Origin: Eledone cirrhosa
Taxonomy: Eukaryota
Assembly: GCA_964016885.1 (NCBI GenBank)
Contig: OZ024740.1
Coordinates: 239,506,001 to 239,570,000 of the forward strand
Length of the DNA: 64,000 nucleotides
Direction: 5' to 3'
In this document: in pieces, positions 32,803-47,215 of the stretch
How the letters are laid out: each line of letters opens with the position of its first letter
Position numbering within the stretch: position 1 is the first letter of the stretch
The notes under the pieces: model-generated
Told to the model about the DNA's origin: nothing
Seen by the model: only the letters and a program-made list of their open reading frames with translations
Databases searched by the model: none
Position numbers and translations under genes: made by a program

Positions 32803-33780
32803 CTTCTTCTTCTTCTTCTTCTTCTTCTTCTTCTTCTTCTTCTTCTTCGCTCACTTATTCATGAGGGTGTCGGGGGAGGGGAGGGGGGTTAGATTACACA
32901 AACACTCCTGCCACCGGGTCCTTTCAGAACCAACCGTCTCCAACTGAGCCCACTGGCTACCCAAGCGAGACCAAACAAGCTCATGGATGTTATCAACACA
33001 TCTGGCTCGAGGTCAACCCATGACACTCCTGCCGGTTGGTTTTGCTCGTAACATTTTTCCATTGATTCTTTCCTAGATCATTCTAACCACAAGCCCTTAG
33101 TATCGGAGCTGTGATCTCTCAATTCGGAGAAGTAGCGGCCCTACCTGGAGTGATTATTTGATCTCCGAGCTACGGACTTTATCGAGTAACGTTACTCCGG
33201 AGACCTATCGGAGATACCTCATTTCGGTCGCTTGTATTCGCGATCGTATTCTTTCAGTCATTATCCAAGATTCATGACCATAGGTAAGGATTGACACGAA
33301 TACCGAACTGAAGTTAGCGAGTTTGGCTTTTACACCTACCTCTTTTGATTATTCATTCAGCCTTCTGCATTCCATCACTCGTAACACGGCCTCGTGATAC
33401 TTGAACTTCTCCACCGGCTTCAGTGGAATTCCATTTACATGAAGAGGGCACTGTGCAGGCTGTCTTGAGAGGACAAGTGTCTCAATTTACGGAGCACTGA
33501 TTTTCATTCCAGTCATGCAGCACTTGGCATCGAAACTATCGAGTTCAAGCCGGAGATCCCCTTCTTTCGAGTTAAGTAGCACCATGCTGTTTGCAAATTC
33601 CAACCGACTGATTTGATTTTACACCTGCCTGTCGTGATACCAATTCCAACCCGGCTGTGCATGTCAATCCTGTTCATGAAAATAATGATCAGGAGTCTGA
33701 CTCCCACATTGAAAGATTTCGATTTACCACCATCTATCTGATCACAACAGCATATTCTGATATACACGTGGTGCATCTGG
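32803..33780 (-). pseudogene. RTE LINE 3' part with (GAA)n tail
   Basis: (TTC)n at 32803-32848; minus-strand IDGGKSKSFNV.., VEKFKY, LTYGHESW, DSWFL-type C-terminus. Confidence 0.8.
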
Positions 33781-33789
33781 GAACGTTGA

Positions 33790-34335
33790 CTAATCTCTCG
33801 GCGGCTGAGGTCACAAGACCAGTTAATGAGCTCAAATATGGCAAGGCGGCTGGGGAAGATGAAATTCAGCCCGAGATGTTAAAACCATTAAATTGAGAAT
33901 GTATTCTTTGGCTAACTCGTGTCTACCGGGTGGCCTGGATCTCTGGAAAGTCACCTAAGCAATGGTAATAGGGAGTGATAATCCTAGTTTTCAAAAAGGG
34001 AGATAAGAAAGATGTTCCAATTACAGAGGGATCTCCTTGTTAAGCCTCCCCCGTAACGTCTATGCTAAGTGCCTAGCAAAGTGATGCAGGGAGATCGTAG
34101 AGTCCATGCAAGGTGATGAGGAGTGCGGTTTTTGTCCCGGACGCAGCACAGTCGACCAAATATTCACACATCCGTAGTTCTTCGAGAAATCGTGGGAGTA
34201 TTGCCAAGAAGTGTATTCTTGTTTTGTAGACATCGAAAAGTCATATGATCGCGTTCCTCGGGATCTGCTGTGGGTGGTTCTGCAGGAGTATGGGATCGAT
34301 GGTCAGCTTCTTGCTGCTCTGATGTCTATATAAGG
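33790..34335 (+). pseudogene. Inverted 5' RT segment of the same RTE copy
   Basis: GKAAGEDEIQPEMLK, VFKKGDK..NYRGISLLS, GRSTVDQIF, FVDIEKSYDRVPR..LLAALMSI. Confidence 0.85.
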
Positions 34336-36207
34336 ATGCCCAAGTATTTGTATATTAGATGTAATTACAATAATTATAATTTTGAAGTTATAATATAAAC
34401 GTATAAAAACACTTTCGATATTATATTCGTTATTTTACTTAAGATATTGCCTTATGTGTTTCACAGTATTTTGGCCTTTCATCAGAAGACAATTAATCAC
34501 ATGCTTGCGCTTATGAATAGATTTGGTAGCAGTCACTATTTATGTCAATCACAAACTAGAGCTTATCTGGAATGGCCATTCTAAACTACATAACATGCAT
34601 TCACGTAAAGCCAATACCATGTGTTTCTTTTCTTTCGTGTCATGTGGACTATTGGCTATCGAATATTCTTTCTCGCCATTCTTCTTCAGTATATTTTGGG
34701 ACTTTGTTTTGATTTAGTATTCCCTTCTTTTAAAATGTGTTGTCGTTTTATCCTAATTTAAGTCTGTTACTTCAGTGTAGTTAATTTCTAGTTTGCACAT
34801 GTCATACAACAGATGCGAAATAACCATTCCCAACAAAATTACACAAATCATATTACACACCCCAGGTGTAAAATGAAAATAACATGAGAAACAATGGAAA
34901 ATATCTGACAGCAAGGCAAAATAGATGAAGTACACACATTTCTACATTCCCAATGCACTTGATATGGTACATTAGAACCTAATTTTCTAATAGATATATA
35001 AACTCTAGAGATTATTCATACACACACACATAGACACATATATATGCATACGTACATACACCACACACACACAAGCACACACACACACACGCACGCACTC
35101 AACACGTATATATATATATGATTTAATACATGGTAATTAGGCATAAAGTTTCATAGAATTCTTAAATTTCATCATTTAGTAGGTGAATTCCATTATTGAA
35201 GGAGATCCACTCGTACTAACTATCAATCATCGATTAGATTGAAACTGCTTCCATTTAATAAATTGGAAAACATGTTTGCTCATCTAAAGGAGACTACTCA
35301 TGAAAGGAAAACATTTCCCTTTTAAAGGCATTTCTATAGGAATAAGTATAACATTTAGTGGGTCAGACCTGAAAGCCCAATCAATGTTCCGGGTGAATGT
35401 CATTTAGTCATACCGCTGGTGTTGTAGTAGCTATCAAGTTTGATAAGGGATTGGGCATTCCTTGCATATTATGAGTCTCTGGTCGTCATGCGACTAGAAA
35501 CGAAGGACAAATGTTGCGTTGTGTGGACAGGGTTTGCATAATTCACTTCTATTATCTAGGCCAAAGGTTCTAAACCCATTTCGGCCAAACGCCCCCTTTT
35601 GCCTCTCGAAATCACGAAACGCCCCCTACCCTATTTTTCCATTTTTCAATATACTACTAATTTTGATATCAGTAGATTACTAAAAAATTGATTAACGATA
35701 TTCCAAAGATACCATTGCAGGCAGTTGAAAGTATAAATACATTCCTTGAAAGGAAGTATATAAATTTCAAAAAAAGGAACATAAATGTTCTTTTTTATGA
35801 ATAAGGACCAGTTGAATTTTTTATATTTCCACCAGACGATACCAGCTATTTTGAACATTTATTTATACAAGGAGCAACTCTGTCTATCCAAAGAGTGCTC
35901 TTATCTAGAAGAAAGTGGCAATTGTATTATTTCAAAGCTTTCCAATTTTCCCTTTAATGAAACGGACAGAATAAATGTTGATATCTAACTTGATGTCCCC
36001 TCCGCTTTGTGAGCTTAGAGACCGCGGAAGAGGGTTTTCATGACCACGTAAAGTGGTCATTAGTAAACGGTAAAATATATACAACAAATGAGTAAGTGAA
36101 TTGTGGTAGATGGTTTCCAGTCCAGTCAGACTGCAACTACAAATAAAAAATCGACTTACTTTGACCTCGTTTCAATGGGACCCTTGAGCTTCATGGAGTC
36201 TAGCTAA

Positions 36208-37907
36208 CTATTTGACGTCAGGCTGGATTTTCGTAAGATGTAGCCGGAGATCTCCACGTACAATCACATTGTAGCGGTTGCGAGCCTTACTATGCAGTCT
36301 GGAAACAGCGCCAAACCCCCTCTCGACTAAGTATGAGCTAGGAAAAGGCAAAGCAAATCTCTTAGCCTCTGCATGTAGGAGTGGAAATCGACGCTGAATT
36401 TCCTCTTGCATCCAAAAAGGGGTTCACCTATTTTGGAAAATTTAATTTTGATAATGTCATCTGTCTGAAGTTCAATTAATTCTTCCTGAAATTTAATGTC
36501 CAAATCGTTGACGTTAGCTATGAAGTGATCTGCTATCCACATTGGGGTGTTCATCTGCAAAAGGTCGACAAACCGTTCTCTCATGTTGTCTTGTAGTGCA
36601 TGGAGGTGCGCTGTATAAATTTGGAGTTGGTCATCGCTCACATTGTTTTGAACATTGGCGACACTAGGAAAATTATAGAATTCCCGTCGACAAAGATTCC
36701 TTTCGAAGACATTCAATTTGGCCAGGAATGTTTTCACGGCATTCCTTGCTTTAAACAAGGTGATCTTCTCCCCCTGCAAAGCCATAATGAGGCTATTGCA
36801 TTTGTCGAAGATGTCGGCGAGGTAGGCGCAGTCTTGCCTCACATCGAGGTTTTCTTTATACAGTTCTGTGTTGCGTCCTCGAAGAAACTCAATGATAGAG
36901 TCGAACAGTTCAAAGAAGCGAGTAAGGCACTTGCCCTTTGAAAGCCACCTCACTTCAGTATGAAGGAGCAACTCGACGAATGCTTCGTCATTATCTTCGC
37001 ACAGTTGCCGGAAAATTCGTCCATTGATGGCGTTTGATATAATTGATGACATCAATGGCTATCTGCAAAGACTTGCTCAGCGGCTCACTGAGTTTCTTCG
37101 CAGCCAAGTGTTGTCGATGAATGACACAATGAACAGCAAATACAGATGGATTTCCCTCTTCAGAAAGCCGACCATTGCTCTTGCTCTGTCCGTAGCACTT
37201 GATACAATATTGTTAAGAGGTATCTCTTTTTCTTCGGGGTATCCCTTGACAGATTCAAAGATGGTGGCTAGATTCAGAGTGAAGAGAAGCTCCTCGTGCA
37301 TCTCGTTTTGGTGGGAAAATCACACGTATCCCAGTAGTAAGGACTGATTCCCGGAAAGTGTGCTTTCATCAAGTTTCAAAGCAAATTGTGTTGATTTCAA
37401 GATGTTGCATAATTTTTGTTCAACATTTTCCGCCATTTCGTCGATGCGTCTCCTTATTGAGTCGTTACTCAACGGAATACATTTCAAGGTCTTTAACGGG
37501 TTCTGATGTAGTACTGTTGAAAGAATTTCTGAGATGACAGGAGCTACCAATGTTTCACCCAAGGAATGGCGCTTGCCACACCTTGCGATTATATTGGCAA
37601 TATTGTAAGATGCGACAAGTCCATCAACATTTGAAGCTTCAACTTTTGAAAAGGCAGAAGAAATCAGTGTTGTTTTCTGAAATTGGTCCCTAAGAGACTG
37701 AAAGTATGCTAAATCTTTATATCTCTTATCGGGGTGCCTCACCTCCAGGTGTCTACTCAAACGCGATGGCTTCATCGCCTCATTCGAAAAGGACTCCTTG
37801 CAAATTAAACACATGGGTGACAGGTGGTTCGACGGCGATGGGATGAATCCGAACCGTAAGCAATCAACGCTGTACTGCCTGCATTTTTTCTTAATTGCTG
37901 AGGCCAT
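36208..37907 (-). pseudogene. Buster-type hAT transposase (ZBED5/ZBED8/SCAND3-like), frameshifted
   Basis: CRQYS..FGF...PMCLIC...SNEAMKPSRL.RH...H BED finger, IPLSNDSIRRRIDEMA, LDEST, ATD.A.AMVG, LLHTEVRWLSKGKCL.RF, FPSSYLVERGF. Confidence 0.93.
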
Positions 37908-38899
37908 TTTCTGTTTATCGAATATGTTTGGTAAAATTACGCAGAGATTTGGCTATATAAGCCTATAAAATTATGTATAAGGAACTTACAATAATGAGTC
38001 CTGTTCCAGTATGATAAAGTTTCAAGTAATGTTCAGGAATAACGCTTTGTAATAAACAAAACTGCAATGAAAAACACAAATACTGTCATTAATTAACCAA
38101 GTCGAGACAAGTTATATATGAAGATTAACCAGTCTTTCATGTAGGAATAGTAATAACTTAGCTTGAGGGAATTAAGGTGGCAGACTCAATAAAGGATCAA
38201 TGAGGCAACGAGTTCAATAGAACTTAATGCAAGAATGACTAGTAATATTGAAATGGAATTCATCAATTAAGCACGTAGTGATAAGACGCGATAATACTAA
38301 GTTAAGACATTACTTATTAGTCAGAATTACTCAAATTATCACCCTTACCTTAATGCATCACTGTGATATTCTTGTAATGGTGCTGCAATTATAATGGATG
38401 ACTGTTGAAGACTACAAAAGCATTTCCTTAAGCCCAAGGCTATAACAAGATTTGATCGTAGTATAAACAGTCAGTTTATATAGGAATAGCAACAACCTAG
38501 TTATAGAATAAATGATGTGGAAATACAATGAAGAGAAGATGGAGTCAAGCAAACCGAATGTTAGTAAGAATGAGCTGAAGTATCGAGGTCAAGCCGAACA
38601 CGGTGATGAACGGGTCAGTGAATTCAATTCATGAATAATGTTGCTCTTTTCCAGGGACCTGGTTTGCCTTAAAAATGTGAGGGGGACAAACCAACATTTG
38701 TTGGAGAATTTTAGTATTACTTATTGTGTCTTTCCTGAACCCTATCACATAAGTAAAATTTTACGCTAATTAAATTTTATATATTCAAATGAAGTTTAGA
38801 TATAAAAAAATAAGCTTAAAAAGTATTTATTATATCAAATAAACAAAAAATAAAACATAGACGTTTGAATAAAATCATATAAACGAAATTTATTGTCTT

Positions 38900-39945
38900 T
38901 TAGAACTTTCCAAATTTATCATATCTCGCATCATTGCTGTCAATAAATAATTTAGCAACTACTTCACAACTAAACTTTTTCAAAACATCTCTATGAACGT
39001 GGCATATTAGAATATGATTCAACCTTTGCTGAGTCATGGTCGATCGCAACCAAGTTTTGAGAGCGATAAAAGATCTTTAAGCTTCACAAAGAACTGGTTG
39101 GAAACATTAAAATTAAACCTGAGCAATCGCTCAACATTTAGAAACATGCGACAGACTTCTTGTTGCATTTCACCGAATATTTTACGATGATCCCCGAGAG
39201 ATGATCCATTATGATGATTTCTATAAAAAAGTATTTCGTTCCTCAAAAAAAATTCATCAAGCTCTGGATAGTGCATGATCACTTCAGCACAAAAGTTTCC
39301 ATTGAGTAAAATATTGCTCAGTTTTTCATAATCTGCTAAATCCTGTGAATAAAAATAATCTTTCAAATTTGATATTGCAGTATCCACTACCTGCAAATAA
39401 TGCACTCTGTAATGATCCAAAGCAGTGCAGTGTTGATATTTTAACGCATTTCTTTCCTGGTATTCTTTAGGTACTCCTCGTTGTCTTGGGTAGCTCCAAA
39501 GGAGAAATATCGAGTTGATAAATCATTTTTTCTGCTGTATTGAACAGCTCCTTAAATTTTTCTTCACTGCGTAGATTTTTTAGCTCCTCCTGCACCAGTT
39601 TGACACTATGCAATATTCTACCTAGATTGAAGGTGGTACTTTGAAAAGATTTGTTCAATCCTTCAAGAAATTGAAGTAATGGAACTACAACGTGCAATCC
39701 AAGAACACGTTGGCCCGGAGAGTGATACGTAAGAATAACATTAACTCTGGATGCAATGTTGGTGCCGAAATCATTTGTTGCCTCTTGTAAAGAAATAGGG
39801 ACATCTGAATAATTGTCAAGAAAGGCTTTGACTGCAGAAAGTCGTGTTAGCCATCAAGTAGGGCAGACAGGTTTTAAGGAGCGTGGTGACGATACTTCAT
39901 TTTCTTCATCATGTGGTGATAAATACGCGTGCTTAAATTTCCCTA
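38900..39945 (-). pseudogene. C-terminal fragment of a Tip100/ZMYM1-like hAT transposase
   Basis: LKPVCPT.WLTR, LEGLNKSFQS, YRVHYLQVVDTAISNLKDYF, LRSTMTQQRLNHILICHVH-type dimerisation tail. Confidence 0.8.
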
Positions 39946-40964
39946 TTTTTGAAAAATAGACATGAATGTTCTCAAAGACTTTATTTCAGCCGAAAAAGCT
40001 TTTTTTTTAATTCTATATTTCACTGTGAGCTGTTGTAATATTTTGATTGGATAAACAATTCTACAATGCAAACTGTAAAGTCAAAATACAAAAGATGTAA
40101 AATATGAAGAATTTCTTACCTTTCTCTGAAATCACAAACTCAGGGGGAAAATAGTACCTTGCAAAATAAAATACCTCGTAGCAAAATAAAATACTTAACA
40201 ACGAATGAATTGAGAAGTTTGGTGACAGTGAGAAAGTAGTATTTGTATCCCTTATATATACATAGATAGATACACACACACACACACATAGACGCGCACG
40301 CACACACACACACATACATACACACACACAAACTTGTGTGTGTGTGTGCCTTGGTTTGGTTACAGAAAGAATTTTGTCTACAGTTTTTTATTGCCAGGTC
40401 AAAAGCCACTGCTCTTTTCAACAACGCCAAATAACAACGCCCCCCATATATATATAATACAATATGTAGAAAAGATAACACACCAGAGAGAGATAGTGCG
40501 CCATCAGTCAAACAGGGAAAAACCACCAGTGTATGGAATTCTATAGCCCATGTAAGGCAGAGTAGACACAATAATTAAAAGTATAAATTAAAGTGTAAAT
40601 AGATACTTCGATAAATATCTAACACACACGTACAAATCCAAAAGATCTGTTTCGCCAAATAAGTTATTGACAGAAATGATTAACCCATAGTTCATCAGCG
40701 TGTGTAAGGCTATACATTTCATACAACTCTAAGAGAATCTAAAGCGACCGTCCAGCCACACGTGGGAGAGAGAATTCACAGCGTGCCTAGGGCAGTAACC
40801 AGTGGTCTCTGAGGGACGAGCTGCTAGAGGTGCAGCCCAAACCACTCAAAGAAGTGTGCTCAAAGAAACAGAGAGAGAGGAAAGACTGTTATAGGGATTC
40901 CTTCTCCTTTGAGAACATTACTGACAGGGAAAAGCGAGAATCTATGGCTCCGTTAATTTATCGC

Positions 40965-41025
<61 letters not shown>

Positions 41026-41252
41026 GAAGAGAGAGAGAGGGACGGACAGAGGGAGTAAGAAATCGCCGGTAAGATTTTTTGTAAATTTATATACGAAAAA
41101 CAGAACAAATTGTTTGAAAAAACATATTATTTTGTAGATTAAGCCCCTAACTGAATTGTCAGCTGGGTGGAAATCCCATTTTTCGTCCCTTTAGGGGCGA
41201 AAATTTAATTTAAAAATTGCTTTAAAATATCAAATTTTGCCAACTATAAAAC

Positions 41253-43088
41253 ATGAATAACACGAAGGGAACGCTGGAGAACATCGACAGAGAAAAGAGA
41301 GAGAAAGAGGCAGATTTTAACGTTATATCTGCTTCTGCTACTATGGAGGTCACCATAGATACGACTGTCAACAAAGGGAAAAAAATATTGCCACTTGAAG
41401 ATTGTACAATTTCTACCGTCGAAGCGGAAACAAAAACGAAAACACAGCAATTAAACCCATTAACATACATACACATGAAAAAAAAAACAACATCAACAAC
41501 TCCACAGATACATCTACACATAAAGTTTCACCTCGTCAAGGAACTGAGATTTCCAACACCGAGGCTAACAACAATAACAACAACAACAACAACAGCAACA
41601 CCACACAAAAAAATGTCTTTTGCTGAAACAGTGAACAAAAAACAAGATTTTATAAATCTTGACATCTCCAATGCAAGAGATATGTTCCAGCAAGGGAGAA
41701 AATTTGTAACTTTCGAAGAAAAGTGTGGGTTTAGAATTAACTCACCCCTTGAAATAAAAGAAGACACAAGAAAGCCGATATTTGTTAGCCAACGAGATAA
41801 ATACCTTGAAAGAAATTCTAGCAAATATCGAATTTCTCCGAGGAAGTGTTTCCGTACTGTTTAAAAGCGAGGCACTCGCCCCAAAACATTCCGTGACACC
41901 AATAGTGTCAGAAGCATTCACCCTTTTTCCTACATACATGGGAAAAAGGACACAAAAAAAAATATATATACAACCAATTATTAACATATGGTGGATCATA
42001 GCTGGCTTCGTAGAGCCAGAAACTGATATGATTCTTTCGATACGAAAGTCTATTCGACAAAGGTGGGAGGGTTCTGATTTGGAGATTCTATTGCAAATGA
42101 GGCCGGAGAGAATCTCCAAAATACCCGAAAGAGTCGCCATCGATGATAACAACAAAATAGACATTTCGGTAGAAGGACGAACATTTCATTGCTTTTGCTG
42201 TGGTAGCACAGCACACCTAAAGGCCTCTTGTGCTTCACAAACACACCACAACAACATCATTAAAAAAACACTATTACCAACACCAACACCAAAACAACCA
42301 CCACTACCACAAGTACAACGACAGACGAAACGAGCAACCACACCAAAACAAACAGCCACTCAACCAACAACAACAACAGAAAAAACAGAGACAACACCCC
42401 TGAAGAACACGGCCCCACCCCATCCCACTCCATCAAACACTACCACAAACACATACACCGAAACACCACCACCACACAACATACCCCTACCCCACACTCC
42501 TGACGATGATTATTCATCGACGGATGAAGCTGCTTCTCCTTCTTTAAGTGAAAAAGAGGGAGAGCCGCGGAAATCTCAAAAACAAAAAAGAGACACCACA
42601 AAACCCCCAAAACTCCAATCACCAACACCAACACACAACCACAGACACAAACAACAACACAAACAACACCACAGTCAAACATCCCCCTACCACCAAAACC
42701 AACACCAACACCACCCCAAACACAAGCACCCACCATAAAAAGAAAACTTTCGGACGAACAACAAACTAAAACAACACAACAAAAACACAAACAACAATAC
42801 GCATACATCAACACAAACAACAAGAGTTTGATGGAGGTCATCTCCCAAAACCCCAAGGTGGAGACGGAGGACAAAACTTTCGTCAAGGCAGAATCGTCTC
42901 CACACCTTAAACTTATAAGGGTTTCTATGGATACCTATAATGACCTAAACATTTTTACAGGACGTGGACAACCCCTGCCAGAAACCCATCAACCGCGTCC
43001 TGTTAAAATCTTCCCCACCCTACCCAACACCCCATCCAGCAGCCAAATGGAGATTGAACAACCCGATCTCCAAGAAACGAAAAAATAA
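41253..43088 (+). pseudogene. Tx1-like ORF1 (gag-like, CCHC knuckle, low-complexity tail), frameshifted
   Basis: MSFAETV, VEGRTFHCFCCGSTAHLKASC zinc knuckle, long Thr/Pro-rich region. Confidence 0.8.
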
Positions 43089-43129
43089 GTGCGCCTTTCG
43101 TCCTTTTTCTCCAACTCTTCTTCACTAAC

Positions 43130-46100
43130 ATGACTAGTTTAAGAGTTGGAAGCGTGAATGTGCGTGGCCTAGGGATGCCCTGGAAACAGGGCCAACTTTT
43201 AATCGCCCTTAGGTCACACGGTATGGATGTGATAGCCATCACCGAGTCCAGGATCCACAACAGGGAGCAACTAATCCCCATCTTCGACGACTTTGAGATC
43301 TACGCATCTCTCTGTCAGCCAGGAGGTGGAGGGGGAGTGGCGGACATGTTTCGGAAGAACCTGGACGTCGAAGTGCAGCAAGTACACTTGGACCCGGAGG
43401 GTAGACTGGTAGTCCTAGACGTGAACAGTATTGGAGGTGGAGCCTTCAGACTGGTGGCCGTTTATGCCCCGACCGGGCAATCGCAATGACGGCCAGACTT
43501 TTTTAAGCGTCTAGAGTCATTTCTGGGAACGTCTCGCTCCTTACTTTTAGTGGGGGATTGGAATAGTATCCTAGATGCACGATGAGACTATGTGGGAGCA
43601 TGTCCCAGTAGAGAGGGGTGCAACGGCCTCAAAACTTTAACCGGCCAATTCCAACTGGCCGATAGCACTACAGTGGACGTGGGCAAACCGCAGCGGGACA
43701 TCTAGATCGTATTTAGATAGGTTCTTCATTAGAGAAAGGGACAAGGAGATGTTAAGCTGTCCACGAATGCACATGGTTGCCTATTCAGATCACAAATTAG
43801 TCGTCTGCTTAGCCAACCGTGATACAATACATAGACAAGGACCCGGATACTGGAAGCTGAACGTGTCGTTGCCGGCACGTAAAGATTGCAGTGAACGGAT
43901 AAGTAGACTAGTCAAGCAACAGTTAACGGGAGCCGTCGTCAACAATAGATGGTGGTACTCTCTCAAGAGAGCAATTAGAATAGAATCGATAGGGTTTAGC
44001 AGAGAGTTAGCCTTAGAGAAAAACAAAATAGAAAGAGAACTAGTAGCCAAGGTAGAGGAGGCACTTAGAAGTGGCAACGCGGCTAGAGTGTTAGCGTCGA
44101 GAACGGCACTGGACCAGTTCTTCGATGCGAAACACAAAGGCTGCGTGGTCAGAAGCAAAACACGTGCTCTAGGAAACGAAGGAGCGAAAGCTGTCAGCTG
44201 GGCCCGAGTGGCGGAGGCGAAAAGTGACAACAAGTCCACGATTCGGTCTTTGAAAGACAAAACGGACGCGTGCTACTTGACCCCAAGCAAATGTGCGCGG
44301 CCTTTCAGCAGCACTTTGCGCGACTGTTTGAGCAGAACGACGGTGAACCGAACGGAGCAATTGACTTTAGTTCATACCTCGACGGCCTGCCGCGTCTCTC
44401 GAACACGGACGCCGAGATCTGCGAAAGACCGATCACGGACACTGAGATACGGGACGCTTTGGGCCGCTGCGGGAAACGCAAGTCACCCGGTCTAGATGGT
44501 CTACCCTATGAGTTTTACAGAGGCATGCCGGACTTGTTCTCTGGCATCCTCGAAGCCGTCTACTGCAATTGGCAGCAGAACGGGAGAATTCCCAGTTCTG
44601 CAGGCAAGGGCGTAGTAACGCTGATCAGGAAAGACGAGAACAAGGGGGACGAAATTAACAACTTCAGGCCCATAACTCTGCTCAACGCAGAGTTAAAGAT
44701 TTTGGCCAAGGTGTTAGCGACGAGGTTGGCGCTTGTCGTCGAGAACCTAGTAGGGAAAGCGCAAACGTGTGCAATCCCGACCAGGTCCATACACGACAAC
44801 CTCCACCTCATGCGATACATCATAGAGAGGGTGGGTAGTAAACTCGGCTTCGGTGGGGCTCTGATCAATTTGGATCAGTCTAAGGCATTCGATAGGGTCG
44901 ACCATCGATACTTGGAAGCGGTTCTCAAGGCGGCCGGTTTCGGTCCCGTTTTCAGAGACTGGATAGAGGCGATGCACACCAGCATCTGATCGAGGGTCAA
45001 AGTGAACGGCTACTTATCGGAGCCGGTCGCAATCACTCGTTCCATTCGACAGGGGTGCCCTCTCTCCTCCATTCTGTATGTATTGACTCTAGAGCCACTA
45101 CTGCGGTAATTGGAGCTGTTGCAGGGCATTCCTCTAGAACCGGGACTGCACAAAGCGGCGTCGGCTTATGCCGACGATATGACGGTAGTGGTGTCGAGCA
45201 CCTCAGAAATCGGGGTGATCGGCAACTTACTGAAAGAATACGAAACGCTGACGGGAGCAAAACTAAACCCGGACAAGTCTGCCGGTTTGCAACTCGGTAC
45301 GTGGAGAGGCAAACCGATGACGTCCGACAGCGTCGTTGGACGCTGGACGGACCGGTGAAATTGCTCGGGGTCTGGTTCGGTCCAGACCTTCAGGTGGAGT
45401 AAAACTGGAACGAGGTCACGGCTAAGGTGTTTGCACTCACCCAGAAGTGGGCAGAGTGCAAACTGTCCTTGAAAGGTCGAGCGGAGGTGGCGAACACTTT
45501 CACAGCGTCCGTCATCTACTACCGCTTGACTCTCGTGCCTTGTCCCCGTGAACACCTCGCCAAGATGGAACGCATGCTCTTCCAGTTTCTGTGGAAGAAG
45601 CAGGCTCCGCTGGTGAGGAGATCCGTCTGCTGTCACCACCCTTCCAATGGAGGGCTGGGAATGCCGTGGCTGATGATGCGCAAACATGCGCTGAGGCTGC
45701 GGCATCTGCAGGTATTCCTCACCGACTCCCAACCGGTGTGGGCACCATTTGTGAGACAGGCTTTCCCACAGCTCGTCTCGCTGACGGAGCTGCAGTCCTG
45801 GGTGAGGAAAAGACCGAAAACGATGGGCGCCTGGCACATTGAATGCGCTCAGATGCTCACAGTCCTCTGGCAAGCGGGCACAGCAATCAGTGGAGATTCC
45901 ACTCCGACATTCTATAGAAGGATTGTGCGTTACAAGGGCGACGACGTGCTCGGAGAGACTCTAAGCGTCGACGACGATGAGCTCACCAGTCTGTTTGTTA
46001 GGACTTTCCGCCCGGGACCTATGGACAATTTCCAGAGGTCCCTGGCCTGGCAGTGCTACCGAGGAGCTCTACCGGTTCGTGACAATATCTACAGACACGG

Positions 46101-46547
46101 GCGCCCCGTCAGGGATCCTTCCAAGAGGACGTGTCCAAGATGCGCGCAGGACATTGAAACAGTCCTGCACGCAATTGTACACTGCCCGGGCGTAACCAAC
46201 CTGTGGAACTATGCAGAACAAATGCTGTCGCGTATGAAACAAATCCAGTTGACTGCCGAGTCATAGTAAGGATCAAACCGCCAGTCTCTTTCAAAAACGA
46301 AAGAGAGGCGGTTTTCCTCTGTACGGTAGCTATGGTGAAAGAAGTTATATGGTGGACGAGATTGAGAGGACTGAGGACAGATGCCTTTCTCTGCGGACAA
46401 CAATTGATTCCTTTCTTTAAGTATCACTTTAGAAGGAGAATCAGAGTGGAGAGAGAGGCACTGCACCCCAGTAAATTTACTGAAAGGTGGCTGGATGAAG
46501 CGAAAATGGCCCGACTGATTAGGCCTTCTCTGTTTATAAGCCTGTAG
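43130..46547 (+). pseudogene. Tx1-like ORF2 (APE + RT + CCHC), several stops and frameshifts
   Basis: SVNVRGL, ITES, VAVYAP, GDWN, SDH, GYWKLN, KSPGLDGLPYEFY, FRPITLLN, LDQSKAFDRVDH, RQGCPLS, AYADD, CPRC...ETVLHAIVHCP. Confidence 0.93.
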
Positions 46548-46811
46548 GTTGAAGAAGAGAGGAGCAAAAGGAAGAAAGGAGCACTTGCACAACACGCTCC
46601 TGGAGTTGATGGTTGTTCTATCGACGGGGTATTAAACAACCCATATGTGGCGCTTCCCCCCTATTGGGGATTTCGATTGTTGTAATTGTTTGTTTTTATA
46701 TTTTTTACACGACTGTATGTAAAATCCACGGCATGTCTTTGTATTGTCCCCTTTTCTTGTGCGCCCTTGTGGCAAATAAAGAAATATATCTATCTATCTA
46801 TCTATCTCCAA

Positions 46812-47215
46812 CAGGGGGCTCAAAGATGCGGTCCGCGAACTACTTTTCTGTGGTCCGTGGTAGAACCAATATTTCATATTGCATTATAACTGATGAAAAT
46901 AAGGCGGCGAGCTGGTGGAATCGTTAGCACATCTGGCGAAATGCTTAACGGTACTTCTTCCGTTTTTACGTTCTTAGTTCAAATTCCGCCGATCTCAACT
47001 TTGCATTTCATCATTTTGGGATCGATGAATTAAGTACCAGTTGTGTACTAGGATCGATGCAATCGACTGAACCCTAAACCCCAAATTTCATGCCTTGTTC
47101 CTATATTAGAAATGATTATAAATGGTGAAAATCTTCACCCACCACCACGTTTGGCCCACTGTGCCTCTCCTCCAGGACGTAATGCTCTTTTGTGTCCTTG
47201 AGTTTGAGACCCCTC
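46812..47215 (+). mobile_element. Charlie-like hAT MITE interrupted by a SINE
   Basis: TIRs CAGGGGGCTCAAA..GCGG.CCGCG and TTTGAGACCCCT; SINE at 46901-47120. The mirror copy 53097-53500 shows a perfect 17-bp SINE TSD, ATTTTCACCAGTTATAA. Confidence 0.72.

Larger units (their letters stand above)
41064..46786 (+). mobile_element. L1/Tx1-clade non-LTR retrotransposon, near full-length, inactivated
   Basis: 5' UTR, ORF1, ORF2, 3' UTR ending AATAAAGAAAT before (TATC)n; absent from the mirror arm. Confidence 0.9.

Noticed and set aside
36208-37907. Domesticated ZBED/SCAND3 host gene
   Set aside because: Frameshifts, internal deletions and flanking TIRs/TSD indicate a dead transposon.
43790-45873. 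Antisense ORFs over the Tx1 ORF2
   Set aside because: Shadow frames of GC-richer coding sequence.
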